DNA of 63,268 nucleotides, the filler included, from Saprolegnia diclina VS20 (taxonomy: Eukaryota): the NCBI RefSeq assembly GCF_000281045.1. It is 6 parts of 2 records of this genome, joined end to end, with 100 filler letters (N's around TTAATTAATTAA, not from the genome) between each part and the next. Parts side by side here need not be neighbours in the genome. Positions count along the whole stretch, not along the records: positions 1 to 1,997 come from NW_008246174.1; positions 2,098 to 19,534 come from NW_008246174.1; 4 more parts are not named here. The stretch is one strand, 5' to 3'. Made by a program: the position numbers and the translations under genes. The notes beneath the pieces were generated by a model. It did no database searches and was not told the origin of the DNA. It saw only the letters and a list, made by a program, of their open reading frames with translations. Below, in pieces: positions 1-9,076 of the stretch (position 1 is the first letter of the stretch; each line of letters begins with the position of its first letter).

Positions 1-1585
1 TTCCTTCACAAAAATACTCTTTTTCAAATTCATAACTTCATTTTCAAAAACGCGCTCGCTTCGCTCGCGGATACAGCCGCCCCGCCGGCTGTATCGTTGG
101 GTAAGGTGTTTTCAGTGTGAATTATTTATGACTTTGAAGTGTCTTAGTTTTGTATACCATACAAAACATGTAGTTATGATGAGGCTCAAAGTAGTAGGCC
201 TCGATGAGCTCGGACGTGGCGGTGGCATCGGGTGAGGTGTCGTCATACAAACTCACGAATGGATGATACTTGTGGATCCAGGTGGCCGGTACATACAAAT
301 TGTGTGTATGGATGACAGTCGTGTACTATTACAGTCTACATATTTACACCGCTGCGTGGATACATCATTAGAACAGCCTGTGATGTGACGTCATTGTTAC
401 GTATCACTGTGGTGAACGACGCACCAAACTTTCTACTAGTGCGACGCACTATAGCTATTAAATGAAGGCACCAGTCACCAATTATTGCTTGCATACAGCT
501 ACATATCGACATGGTGATTTGTGATGACGTGTTTGGAGCCCTCGAGTTTGAAGGCATTATCCTACACATGCTCGTTGTGGCGCTTGGATCGCTCCTTGAT
601 TACCATTTGCTAACGATACATAATCGAGCTGATACTATTGTACAAGAAAGGATTTGTGTGCGTCGATGCTCAAAAGCAGTCCACGATGCACTTCACCACA
701 CGACAATTCCCTTGTCCTATGAATCAAGATCGTCACGTTGGAATCAAGAAATCAAGTTGGCAAACATTAGGTTTTAGCTATAGCATGTATTGAAGCTACG
801 TCTCGTGCCAGGTCGTTTTCGGTCTCGTGGAAGCGCTGCGTTTGCTTAGGGTATGGGCATGTTTGTCCATGGCGTTGGCAAGCTCCATAGATGCGCTCGA
901 GCAACCGAGCCAGCATAGTTTTCATAACGTGCGCTGCACACGTTAGAAGTACGAAATAGTTGATGGTGGCGCATTTGGCATCAACACGGAAGCAAACGGC
1001 GTTAGTCAGTTTACGTGATAACAGTCGTCGGGAACACTACCTGCGTGAGAGATTGGCGTTTGAGTTGCCGCGCCTCAGATGTGAGGCACGGAAATGCATA
1101 TTTTGTGTGTATATCGCTGCCAACGTCAAGTCGACGATGACACGAACGTCCTGGGGCTCGCTTCTCAATACCAGTTGTCGACCACGCCTCCGCATCCATG
1201 AGTACAGTGGTATGCGTGTGGGTACGCCGCGCGCGCGAACCCGATGAGTTATCAACGACATTGCTCAAATCGAGGTATGAATCTTTGTATTTGAATATAT
1301 GTTGCTAGGAATCGCAATCTTGTTCCACTGAAAGGGGAGATCGTCGCTACAAGTGCAAAAGATGACGCCTACGGCGTGCCAATGCAGCCATTTGCATTTC
1401 TAACGTTTAAGAGCGCTTTGTATTTGTGGTCGAGCATTGCACGCGTTGTAGGCCTGCAGCGATGACGAATCGCAGTCTGCTCTACTCTTTAAAGTGTCTT
1501 CTATCACTATGCCAACTTCGGGCGATCCTATTTCAAACGTGATATTGTCGGCAAGCGGCGTTGGCGTCCTGGCGTGATGCCGCTA

Positions 1586-1652
1586 AGATGGCACTACGAT
1601 CTTAGTTTGGAGTGCGTTGTGCCTCTCAGATGGCACTACGATCTCAGTTTGG
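1586..1652. repeat. Two-copy direct repeat, 25-bp core, 42-bp period
   Basis: AGATGGCACTACGATC(T/T)(T/C)AGTTTGG at 1586-1610 and 1628-1652, one mismatch. Confidence 0.9.
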
Positions 1653-1997
1653 CGCGCATCTTGGATCGCATTTCGCGACTGCTGTACGCCTCGTACGTCA
1701 GCGCGCCCTCGCTTTCCGTACTCTCCACAGCGTCCTCTACTATTGTGCCAAGTCTTGGACATTTCGTTTTCGAACGCAAAGCGGTCGACCGCGCGGCCTG
1801 GCGATGCTGCACCGGATATCCGGATAATGTGGCTAATAACACGCAAGCTGTCGCGGTGCGTTCCCGATTGCGATTTGATGGCCAACGTCGGTCAGAATAC
1901 AAGATGGCTCCTACGTCGTAGCGTGATAAAGTTTGCTTTGAATAGCACGGAGCACCAAGTGCACCGTCGTGCGCGGCCTGCAGCGCTCGAAACTCGT

Positions 1998-2097
1998 NNN
2001 NNNNNNNNNNNNNNNNNNNNNNNNNNNNNNNNNNNNNNNNNTTAATTAATTAANNNNNNNNNNNNNNNNNNNNNNNNNNNNNNNNNNNNNNNNNNNN
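1998..2097. other. Assembly gap with artificial TTAATTAATTAA linker (same at 19535-19634, 37882-37981, 40253-40352, 55199-55298)
   Basis: Identical 44N + TTAATTAATTAA + 44N layout five times; the linker puts stops in all six frames. Confidence 0.97.
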
Positions 2098-2613
2098 GTG
2101 CCACGATTTGTCGTCGAAGTCGACCATCGGCACCTCGGTCTTCCGAGAGCGATTCTGCGCGCAGAGCAGTACTTTCAGCTGCCCCAGCTCCGAACGGTGC
2201 TCATGGTACGCATCTACGAGCGCAACCTTGATACGGGCCGTTTTGGAGCGCTTGCAGTCGTCTACGCTCGTCGCCGAAACAATGCCGTGTATGCCCGACA
2301 AGCCGTCAGCATTGGCACCGCGGCGCTCTCGGCCGCGGCTTTGGTGCACGTCCCACAAACGATCCGACGCTTGCTGCAGCAACAGCCGCACGACGCTCGT
2401 CTGGCAGAGCTGGTGGACGACGGGCATTTGTCGTGGCCAGCCCCACTGGGACCTGCACCGACGATCACGGTGCAGGCCACCGACATATTTTACCGAAGCC
2501 CCGGCCTGCAACTTGGGCCTCACGGACATGGTGCGAATCTGTGGCCCGATCTGCACATGGACCTGTACCGGATCACGGCGAAGATTGCCAACCATCTTCC
2601 AGATCGCCACTAA
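2098..2613 (+). CDS. 5'-truncated ORF, putative Uma2/PD-(D/E)XK restriction-endonuclease-like C-terminal domain
   Basis: Open frame from the contig edge to TAA 2611-2613; PRFVVEV motif; paralogous copy directly downstream. Fold assignment is inference. Confidence 0.55.
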   Translation: MPRFVVEVDHRHLGLPRAILRAEQYFQLPQLRTVLMVRIYERNLDTGRFGALAVVYARRRNNAVYARQAVSIGTAALSAAALVHVPQTIRRLLQQQPHDARLAELVDDGHLSWPAPLGPAPTITVQATDIFYRSPGLQLGPHGHGANLWPDLHMDLYRITAKIANHLPDRH

Positions 2614-2660
2614 CCCAAATGCATTGACTTGCTTACGGTCCACAACGTCCTTGTCGCCGA

Positions 2661-3260
2661 GATGATTGGCCAGGGTGGCAACTACGCCATCGCCAGTCGG
2701 GTGGTGGAACCTGCGACATTCCTGGGCTGCACGGCGACGAGCGCCAAGCGCACCGCATTCCGGACGCCTCGCTCACCCAACTCAGCTCGTACTAGCCGAT
2801 ACCCATGACCTTCGCATGCCTCGGTTCGTCGTTGAAGTCGACCAAAATCATGTCGGTCTCTCAAGCTCGATGCAGCTCGCAGCAGAGTACCCAGCTCCGG
2901 ACGGGGCTCCTCCTACGCATCTGCGAACGCACCCTCGAGACGGGCGCGGTTGGTGCCCTCGCAGTGGTGTACGCCCGCCGCCGCAACAACAGCTTCAGTC
3001 TTTGCCAAGCCAAGAGCATGGGCACGGTGGGACTCTCGGATGCGGCGTTGGCTCACGTGCCAGAAGCGATCCAAGCACTCCTGCCATCACACGACACTCG
3101 CTTCTGAGAGCTGCTTGACGATGGGTACTTCCTGTGGGCAGCGTTTTTGGGACCCGCACCGACACCGACAGTCACGGTGGCGGGTCGGGACGTCGAGTCA
3201 GGCACCGCTACCGGTATGTGACCGCAGCCTCTGCCACGTCAAGCGAGCCATCCGCATAAG
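2661..3260 (+). pseudogene. Frameshifted tandem copy of the 2098-2613 ORF
   Basis: MPRFVVEVD, GALAVVYARRRNN, ALAHVP and ELLDDG..W...LGPAP match the first copy but lie in different frames. Confidence 0.75.
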
Positions 3261-3327
3261 TAACCGTTCAAAATCCACCATCCGGATATCGAGCGCTCGA
3301 TATTCCTGCGCACTGGCGCTGGCGAGC

Positions 3328-5805
3328 ATGAGCGACCCGACGTCCAGCTCGAGCGAGAACGAGGCTGCGCCGCCGCGCGCTGTCGCCGGCAGTGGAGCAT
3401 CGCTGCCGGATGCGATGTCTCGGCCGCCATTGCCCTCAGCGCCGCCTGCAGAAGCAAGCGCGCGGTCCCAGGCCCGGCGGTCTTTGCTTGCAACCGCCTC
3501 GTCCAGCGCCGTGCCGTCCAGCGTCGACATGGCGCTGCCGTATGCAGGTAGTCGCTCAATAGAACCCACTCCAGCTGGCCGACTTCGCACGAAGCAATCG
3601 CCGAGGCAGCCCATAGATGCCTCTGGTGTCCTTGAAGCGGTCGCTATCCCAAGCTCGCTCGGACAGGCGGCAGCGACCAGCAATGCCACGCTGCCTCGCT
3701 CGCCCACCGCGATACCGAGCGCTGTCACACTTCAGCCGCTTGCTCTCAGCCCCGACATCATCGTCATCGAGTCGTCGGTCGACGAATGTGCCTCCAGCCA
3801 AGAGGATGTCGTGGCGAGTCTCGTCGTAGAGCCGGCGCCGGCCAGTGACGACGTGGCGCCCAAGGAGTCCGGTCGTCCAAAGCCCGTTAGCAGTGTATGC
3901 ACGCCGCTGCAGGACGCGATCGTCTTTGTCCCCGAGTGCGTTCCGGACGAAGCGCTCTGCATCAGCGAGGGCTGGTGCTCGATCTGCAACGGCGGCGACA
4001 GCCAGAAGGACGATCTGATTGTGTTTTGCGACCGGTGCGGTATCCCAGTGCACCAGAGTTGCTACGGCATTGCGTCGGTGCCGTCGGGCGATTGGTTTTG
4101 CCACCGCTGCGTCGAGCTCAAAGACACAACGATCCCGAGCAATGCGATGGTGTGCTACCTCTGCCAGCGCTACGGCGGCGCCATGAAGCCGCTGCGAACG
4201 CTCTCGCCCAAGGGCACACAAGCCTGGGCCCACGTGCTCTGCGTGTGGTGGGATCCAGACGTGCTCATCGAGGACATGGTGCGCATGGAGCCGCTCTCGG
4301 TCGTGCACGCTCCGCTCGCCGAGCGCCGACAGTCGCCGTGCGTCCTCTGCAACCGCAGCGAAGGCTGGCGCATCAAGTGCCATTGGACCCACTGCAACGC
4401 GTACTTTCACGCGATCTGCGCGCGCATTGGCGAGGCCAACCGCATCCAAAAGCACCGCACACCGGTGTACAGCAAGCTCAACGGCGCGCGTGGCCGCGGC
4501 GGGCTGCTCCAGCTCGACATGGACGAGGTGCCCCGGGTCGCGTACCATGCGTACTGCGATCGCCACGCCCACTGTGAGTTTGCCCTCGACGATCTCTGCG
4601 ATAAGCTCGTTGCGTCCGACCTCGTGCACGACGCCAAGGCGCTCGCCCGTCTCGACGCGCTTCGCACCTCGAACGGCGACGTCGACAAGTTCCTCAAGTC
4701 GGTCGCCAAGGCGCTGGTCCGCGTTGCCGAAGCCGGCGCGTCGACGGCCGGCGACGCCAAAGAGTATGAGAAGAGTCATCTCCAAGCCGTCCAGCTCGTG
4801 CTTGACCATTTGCCTCAGATCCACACCACGTACCCCGCCTGCTCATTGCACGCGCACGACCTCGTGCCCGAGAGCCTCCTTGAAGCACTGAGTCAAACGT
4901 TTCTCGACGGGTCCCCGGACCCGTTTCTGCAGTGCCACACGTGCGAGGCGGCGATGCACCGCAGTGAGAAGATGTGGTATTGCGACAACCCGACAGGGCC
5001 GCACGCCAACCACTGGAACTGTCTGCGCCAGCGCAAGGCCCACGCGTCGAGCAAGCGCAAGCCCGAGAAGCGTCTGAAGCGCGCCGCCAAGCCCAAACCA
5101 CCCGTCCCCGATGACCCGTCGGCGCTCGTTCCGACGTACAACGACGGCGCCGTCTACTGCGGCGTGTGCGACCACAACGTCGACCTACGAGCGCTCGTGT
5201 CGGTGGCCAAGCCCAGCGACGCCACCGAGGCCATGTCGGCAGCGGCCGTGCGCACCGTGGTCGTGCCGCCAAAGCCCGACGGACCACTGATCAAGGCGCG
5301 CCTCGGGCCGCCGCCCAGCGATCGGTTCCGCGTGGAGCGGGCGTCGATCATGTGCAACCACATTGTCAGTCTCCTGCCGCTGCTGCAAGCGTACTATGTG
5401 ACACCACCAGACGATGACGTGGCCGCACGCCAAGCCATCGACGACAAGTTCGTCGCGCTCCTGAGCTACCTCAAGCCGTTCGATGGGTATGCCTACGGCC
5501 GCATCGACGAGATCTTTACGCTCTTCAAGACGCGGGGCCGCGGCCCCGGCCTCGCGATGCTCAGGAGCCTCGTCCGCGAGTACACGCGGCTCATGTACAC
5601 CAAGCACGTCCGCGCGCTCGAGAAGGCAGCCGCCGAGAAGAAGGCCAAGGAGCTTCAAGACGCGGCCGAGTTCAAGCGTGTCGGCGAGGACGCGGCGCTC
5701 AAGGACCAGCTGCTCGCAATGAAGAAGAAGGAGAAGGCGCGCGAGCGCAACCTCAAGCGCAAGCTCGAATCCGCGAGCAAACTCGCCAACAAAAAGGTCG
5801 CCTAA
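3328..5805 (+). CDS. PHD finger / PZP-module chromatin protein (BRPF/JADE/AF10-like module), 825 aa, intronless
   Basis: CSIC..IVFCDRC..VHQSCYG..WFCHRC (PHD), then CYLC..GGAMK..WAHVLC and CVLC..IKC..C..FHAIC (Zn-knuckle/ePHD). Start taken at ATG 3328 (MSDPTSS). Confidence 0.88.
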   Translation: MSDPTSSSSENEAAPPRAVAGSGASLPDAMSRPPLPSAPPAEASARSQARRSLLATASSSAVPSSVDMALPYAGSRSIEPTPAGRLRTKQSPRQPIDASGVLEAVAIPSSLGQAAATSNATLPRSPTAIPSAVTLQPLALSPDIIVIESSVDECASSQEDVVASLVVEPAPASDDVAPKESGRPKPVSSVCTPLQDAIVFVPECVPDEALCISEGWCSICNGGDSQKDDLIVFCDRCGIPVHQSCYGIASVPSGDWFCHRCVELKDTTIPSNAMVCYLCQRYGGAMKPLRTLSPKGTQAWAHVLCVWWDPDVLIEDMVRMEPLSVVHAPLAERRQSPCVLCNRSEGWRIKCHWTHCNAYFHAICARIGEANRIQKHRTPVYSKLNGARGRGGLLQLDMDEVPRVAYHAYCDRHAHCEFALDDLCDKLVASDLVHDAKALARLDALRTSNGDVDKFLKSVAKALVRVAEAGASTAGDAKEYEKSHLQAVQLVLDHLPQIHTTYPACSLHAHDLVPESLLEALSQTFLDGSPDPFLQCHTCEAAMHRSEKMWYCDNPTGPHANHWNCLRQRKAHASSKRKPEKRLKRAAKPKPPVPDDPSALVPTYNDGAVYCGVCDHNVDLRALVSVAKPSDATEAMSAAAVRTVVVPPKPDGPLIKARLGPPPSDRFRVERASIMCNHIVSLLPLLQAYYVTPPDDDVAARQAIDDKFVALLSYLKPFDGYAYGRIDEIFTLFKTRGRGPGLAMLRSLVREYTRLMYTKHVRALEKAAAEKKAKELQDAAEFKRVGEDAALKDQLLAMKKKEKARERNLKRKLESASKLANKKVA

Positions 5806-5833
5806 AACAACGCGAGTGTATGATGCAAGAACG

Positions 5834-7412
5834 TTAGAGGCTGTTTTGGTTGCCAAGGCGGCGGGCGCCACGCGTGCCCGTGCGCTTGTAGCGCAGCGCT
5901 TCGTACTTGGACGAGTAGTCGTCAATGTTGACGTACGTGCCTTGGAGGTGACGAACGCCGTCGGACGTGGGCTGGAAGGCCTCGCGGCCGTGCAGCATAC
6001 TAAAGACATGTGTCACATGACGCCGTTGCAAGAGAGAGGAGGCTACCGGCGCTGGTTGAAGACGACGAGGTCGCCCTGCGCGAGCTTGAATTGAATGACG
6101 TTTTCGCCCTCAATGATGGCTTCGAACGCACGGTACGCGGCGTAGTAGGCTTCGATGTCACCTTCGGCGATGCGCAACGGCCCTTCGAACGGCGGGCTCC
6201 AAAAGACACCGTTGACCTAGATGCATTCGTTCGCGAGATGCTGCTAAGAAGACGAGGCTACCTCGCCGTGGTGGTTGAGCGTGATGTGCGGCCGCTGGTA
6301 CTCCATGATGGCAGGCGACGCGCGGTGCAAATGAATCTTCTGGAACGTGGCCGGCACGCGCGTGAGCGTCGCAAAGTGACTTGGATGCCGCGCCTGTAGC
6401 GTCGCCGCCGCGTCAAACGTGTCGCGAAACGTCGACTCGCCTAGAAAGTGCAATCTCATGACGTGGCAGCACGAGAATCAACTACCGCCCGCGACCGTCG
6501 TATCAAAGCGCAGGGCGTGCAAGAACTGTAGGCCTGGCGGCGACTCGTAGTACGCAAGGTCCAAGTGCAGTTTGAGACGCTCGGCCGTATACGCAATGTT
6601 GACCTACGCGTGTTGAAGAATGGCAAACGAAAGCGGTAGCTACCGGGTCGTGCTCAGCGACAACGTCAAAGACCGAGCCGTAGAGGCACCTAGAGACATG
6701 GAAGAATGAGGTTCAAGCACGTGCGGACGATCTGTGCTTACGAGTGCGAGATGGGCGCGATCCGCTCGGCAAACCGCTGCACTTCGCCAGCGTCGCACGG
6801 CACGTTGCGCACAACCGCGTACCCCGACGTCATGATCGTCTCGAGAAGGGTCATCATGCCGTCCTCGCGCAAGACATCGTCGTGCTCGATGGGTGTCACA
6901 GGCGTCCTACGCCGTCATAATAGTCAGAGAAGACGGGGGCTGGATCCTGTACGTCGACGGCGGCGGTCGCGTGGCCGGGTTGGGCTTGTCGTGGTTGGAG
7001 TGGCAGAGTGATCGCACATACGCTGGCGCAAAGACACTCTGATGACCCTCCCACTGAATCGCGAGGCCGTCCGCCGTTACTGGGCATGCGTGAGGTCGAT
7101 CGATTTAGGCGCCGTACCGTCGAGGTGCTGGATCACAGGGTTGGCTGGGATGTCGGAAATGTTGATGAGGCGTTGGCCCGTGCTGTGCTGGCACAGCGGA
7201 CACGTGCACCACGCGCGGAGGTGCATGGCGTGGAAGCGACTGGCGTGGCCATCCGACCACTCGACGTGGACCGTGTTGGCGCCACGAAGGGTCGCTGCTT
7301 GGATCTATGCGGTCCAGGTACGATAGCAATCGCAGCCATTGCAAGGACCGCGTACCGAGGGCGCGGTCGTCGAGAACGTCCGGCGGCTGGCAGACCGAAG
7401 GCGCAGGAACAT
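5834..7412 (-). CDS. BBOX1: Gamma-butyrobetaine dioxygenase-like (TauD/BBOX family), multi-exon, probable mitochondrial presequence
   Basis: Spliced reading gives MFLRLRSASRRTFS, N-terminal LRAWCTCPLCQH Zn domain, NIAYT..LHLDLAYYESPPGLQFLH (HxD), and VFNQRR/LHGREAF..RHLQGTY. Confidence 0.85.
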
Positions 7413-8537
7413 GGTGTTTGCGAAACTCGCCAGTCGGGTGATGATGATGGCGTCTTTTCTATAGAGCCGCAAGCTGCCCAATCAAACGCCGCGAGGGTTT
7501 TATGCAAGGCGATCTGCCATCGCGCGACGCCACGTATCTTGGATCCGAGTGTCGAGAAGTAGCCAAGCTCGAATGCGCCTCCCAACACTGCCGACGCTCC
7601 GAATACACAGTCGTTGGGCATGAATTAGCATTCTTTGATGCTAAAAACGAGGGTGCTCATTATTCGTCGACTAGCCATTGTTATGACCTAAGTTTGATGG
7701 ACAAGGGCATAGCGGCGACCCTACAAGGTGGCGACGATCCGTCGTTACCAACGGCACGCGCGGCCCGAGCTCCGCAAAGCCCTGCACGTTCTCGCCGCGT
7801 CCTCTCCCACGCCAGAACGCCCCGAATTGCTGAGGCTATTCGCACGTCACTTTGGAATTATCAAGTTTGAGAGTATTCTTGGAGAATGTATGTGGTCTGG
7901 TTCCGCGCCGCGCTATGCCGTCGGACGCCGCCCACGCCCGCCAACGGTCGCCTCCTTGGTACATCACTAGCGTACATCGGTCAGCCTGACGGGAGGGCGA
8001 GCTGACGATGCAGAAACAAGGTGCACGGCCGGACCTGCCGACGTCAACATGTGAGAAAATTCACGAACAGCAACGCTGTGTCGCGAACCGGCAACACCGT
8101 CGACCGATCGATTGGACTTGCCCTCAACTCCGATCAACCAACCTCCCTCAACTTCCGTCAAGCACACCATGCCATCGTGAGCGCACTGTCAACCCAAACA
8201 CGCCCTCTACGGTGTGGCCTGTCAATCAATGAGGTCGCCCAGCAAGGCCCGCAGCGCTGTCGTCAGCGATCGATCGACATAAATACGTAGGAGGCATATT
8301 GCGTGGAGAAGCCTTTGCGTTGTTGTGTTCTGTCCTCGGCGTCGCGCGTTCGTGGCTTTTCGGCTAAGGTGGCGTGAAATTAGCGTCTCACATCGTCCTC
8401 CTCGCGGCCGCATGGACTTTGGCAGGTCCAGCTGCTGGAGCCATTGGCCGAAAAGGGCGGATGGAAATGACTGGTTCCGTGGCTAAGGCCCGCGGCTTTG
8501 ACAGTAAATTTGCATCATTTTTGAAATCTCAATTGCC

Positions 8538-9017
8538 ATGGCCGACGAAGACTACCATTTCGAATCCACCGATGCCGGTGCCTCGCTGACGTACCCGTCG
8601 GAGGCTGGCCAGGTCAAGAAGGGCGGCTTCATCATGATCAAGGGCCACCCGTGCAAGGTTGTCTCGGTCTCGACGTCCAAGACGGGCAAGCACGGCCACG
8701 CCAAGTGCAACTTCACGGCGCTCGACATCTTCACCAACAAGAAGTACGAAGATATCGTGCCGTCGACGCACAACTGCTCGGTCCCGTTCGTCTCGCGCGC
8801 CGAGTACACGCTCCTCGACATCTCGGACGAGGACTACGTCTCGCTCATGGACGACTCGGGTGACACCCGCGAGGACATCAAGCTCCCGTCGATCCCGGAG
8901 GGCTTTGGCGACGAGATCCGCGCCGACTTCGAGGCCGGCAAGCAGCTCGCGATCTCGGTGCTCCGCGCGTGCGGCATTGAGCAGATCATTGCCAAGAAGG
9001 AAGACACGACGGCGTAA
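8538..9017 (+). CDS. eIF5A: Eukaryotic translation initiation factor 5A, 159 aa
   Basis: Hypusination motif STSKTGKHGHAK; expected length. Confidence 0.98.
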   Translation: MADEDYHFESTDAGASLTYPSEAGQVKKGGFIMIKGHPCKVVSVSTSKTGKHGHAKCNFTALDIFTNKKYEDIVPSTHNCSVPFVSRAEYTLLDISDEDYVSLMDDSGDTREDIKLPSIPEGFGDEIRADFEAGKQLAISVLRACGIEQIIAKKEDTTA

Positions 9018-9076
9018 GCTCTTGGACTTCTAGGCTTAGAGATTTCGGAGTAAATCCCCTGATCCAGAATCATATT

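Noticed and set aside
1586..1652. CRISPR-like repeat-spacer
   Set aside because: Only two units, a 17-nt spacer, no cas genes and a eukaryotic context.
2042..2053. TTAATTAATTAA recurring five times as a possible biological motif or piggyBac TTAA site
   Set aside because: Always centred in identical 44N flanks; it is an assembly linker.
2950..3327. N-terminal 126 aa of the 951-aa ORF as part of the PHD protein
   Set aside because: It is largely an off-frame reading of the decayed upstream duplicate and starts at a non-ATG codon; ATG 3328 is the credible start.
3556..4824. Long antisense ORFs (e.g. 422 aa here, and similar ones opposite other genes)
   Set aside because: Expected shadows of GC3-rich coding strands; no motifs.
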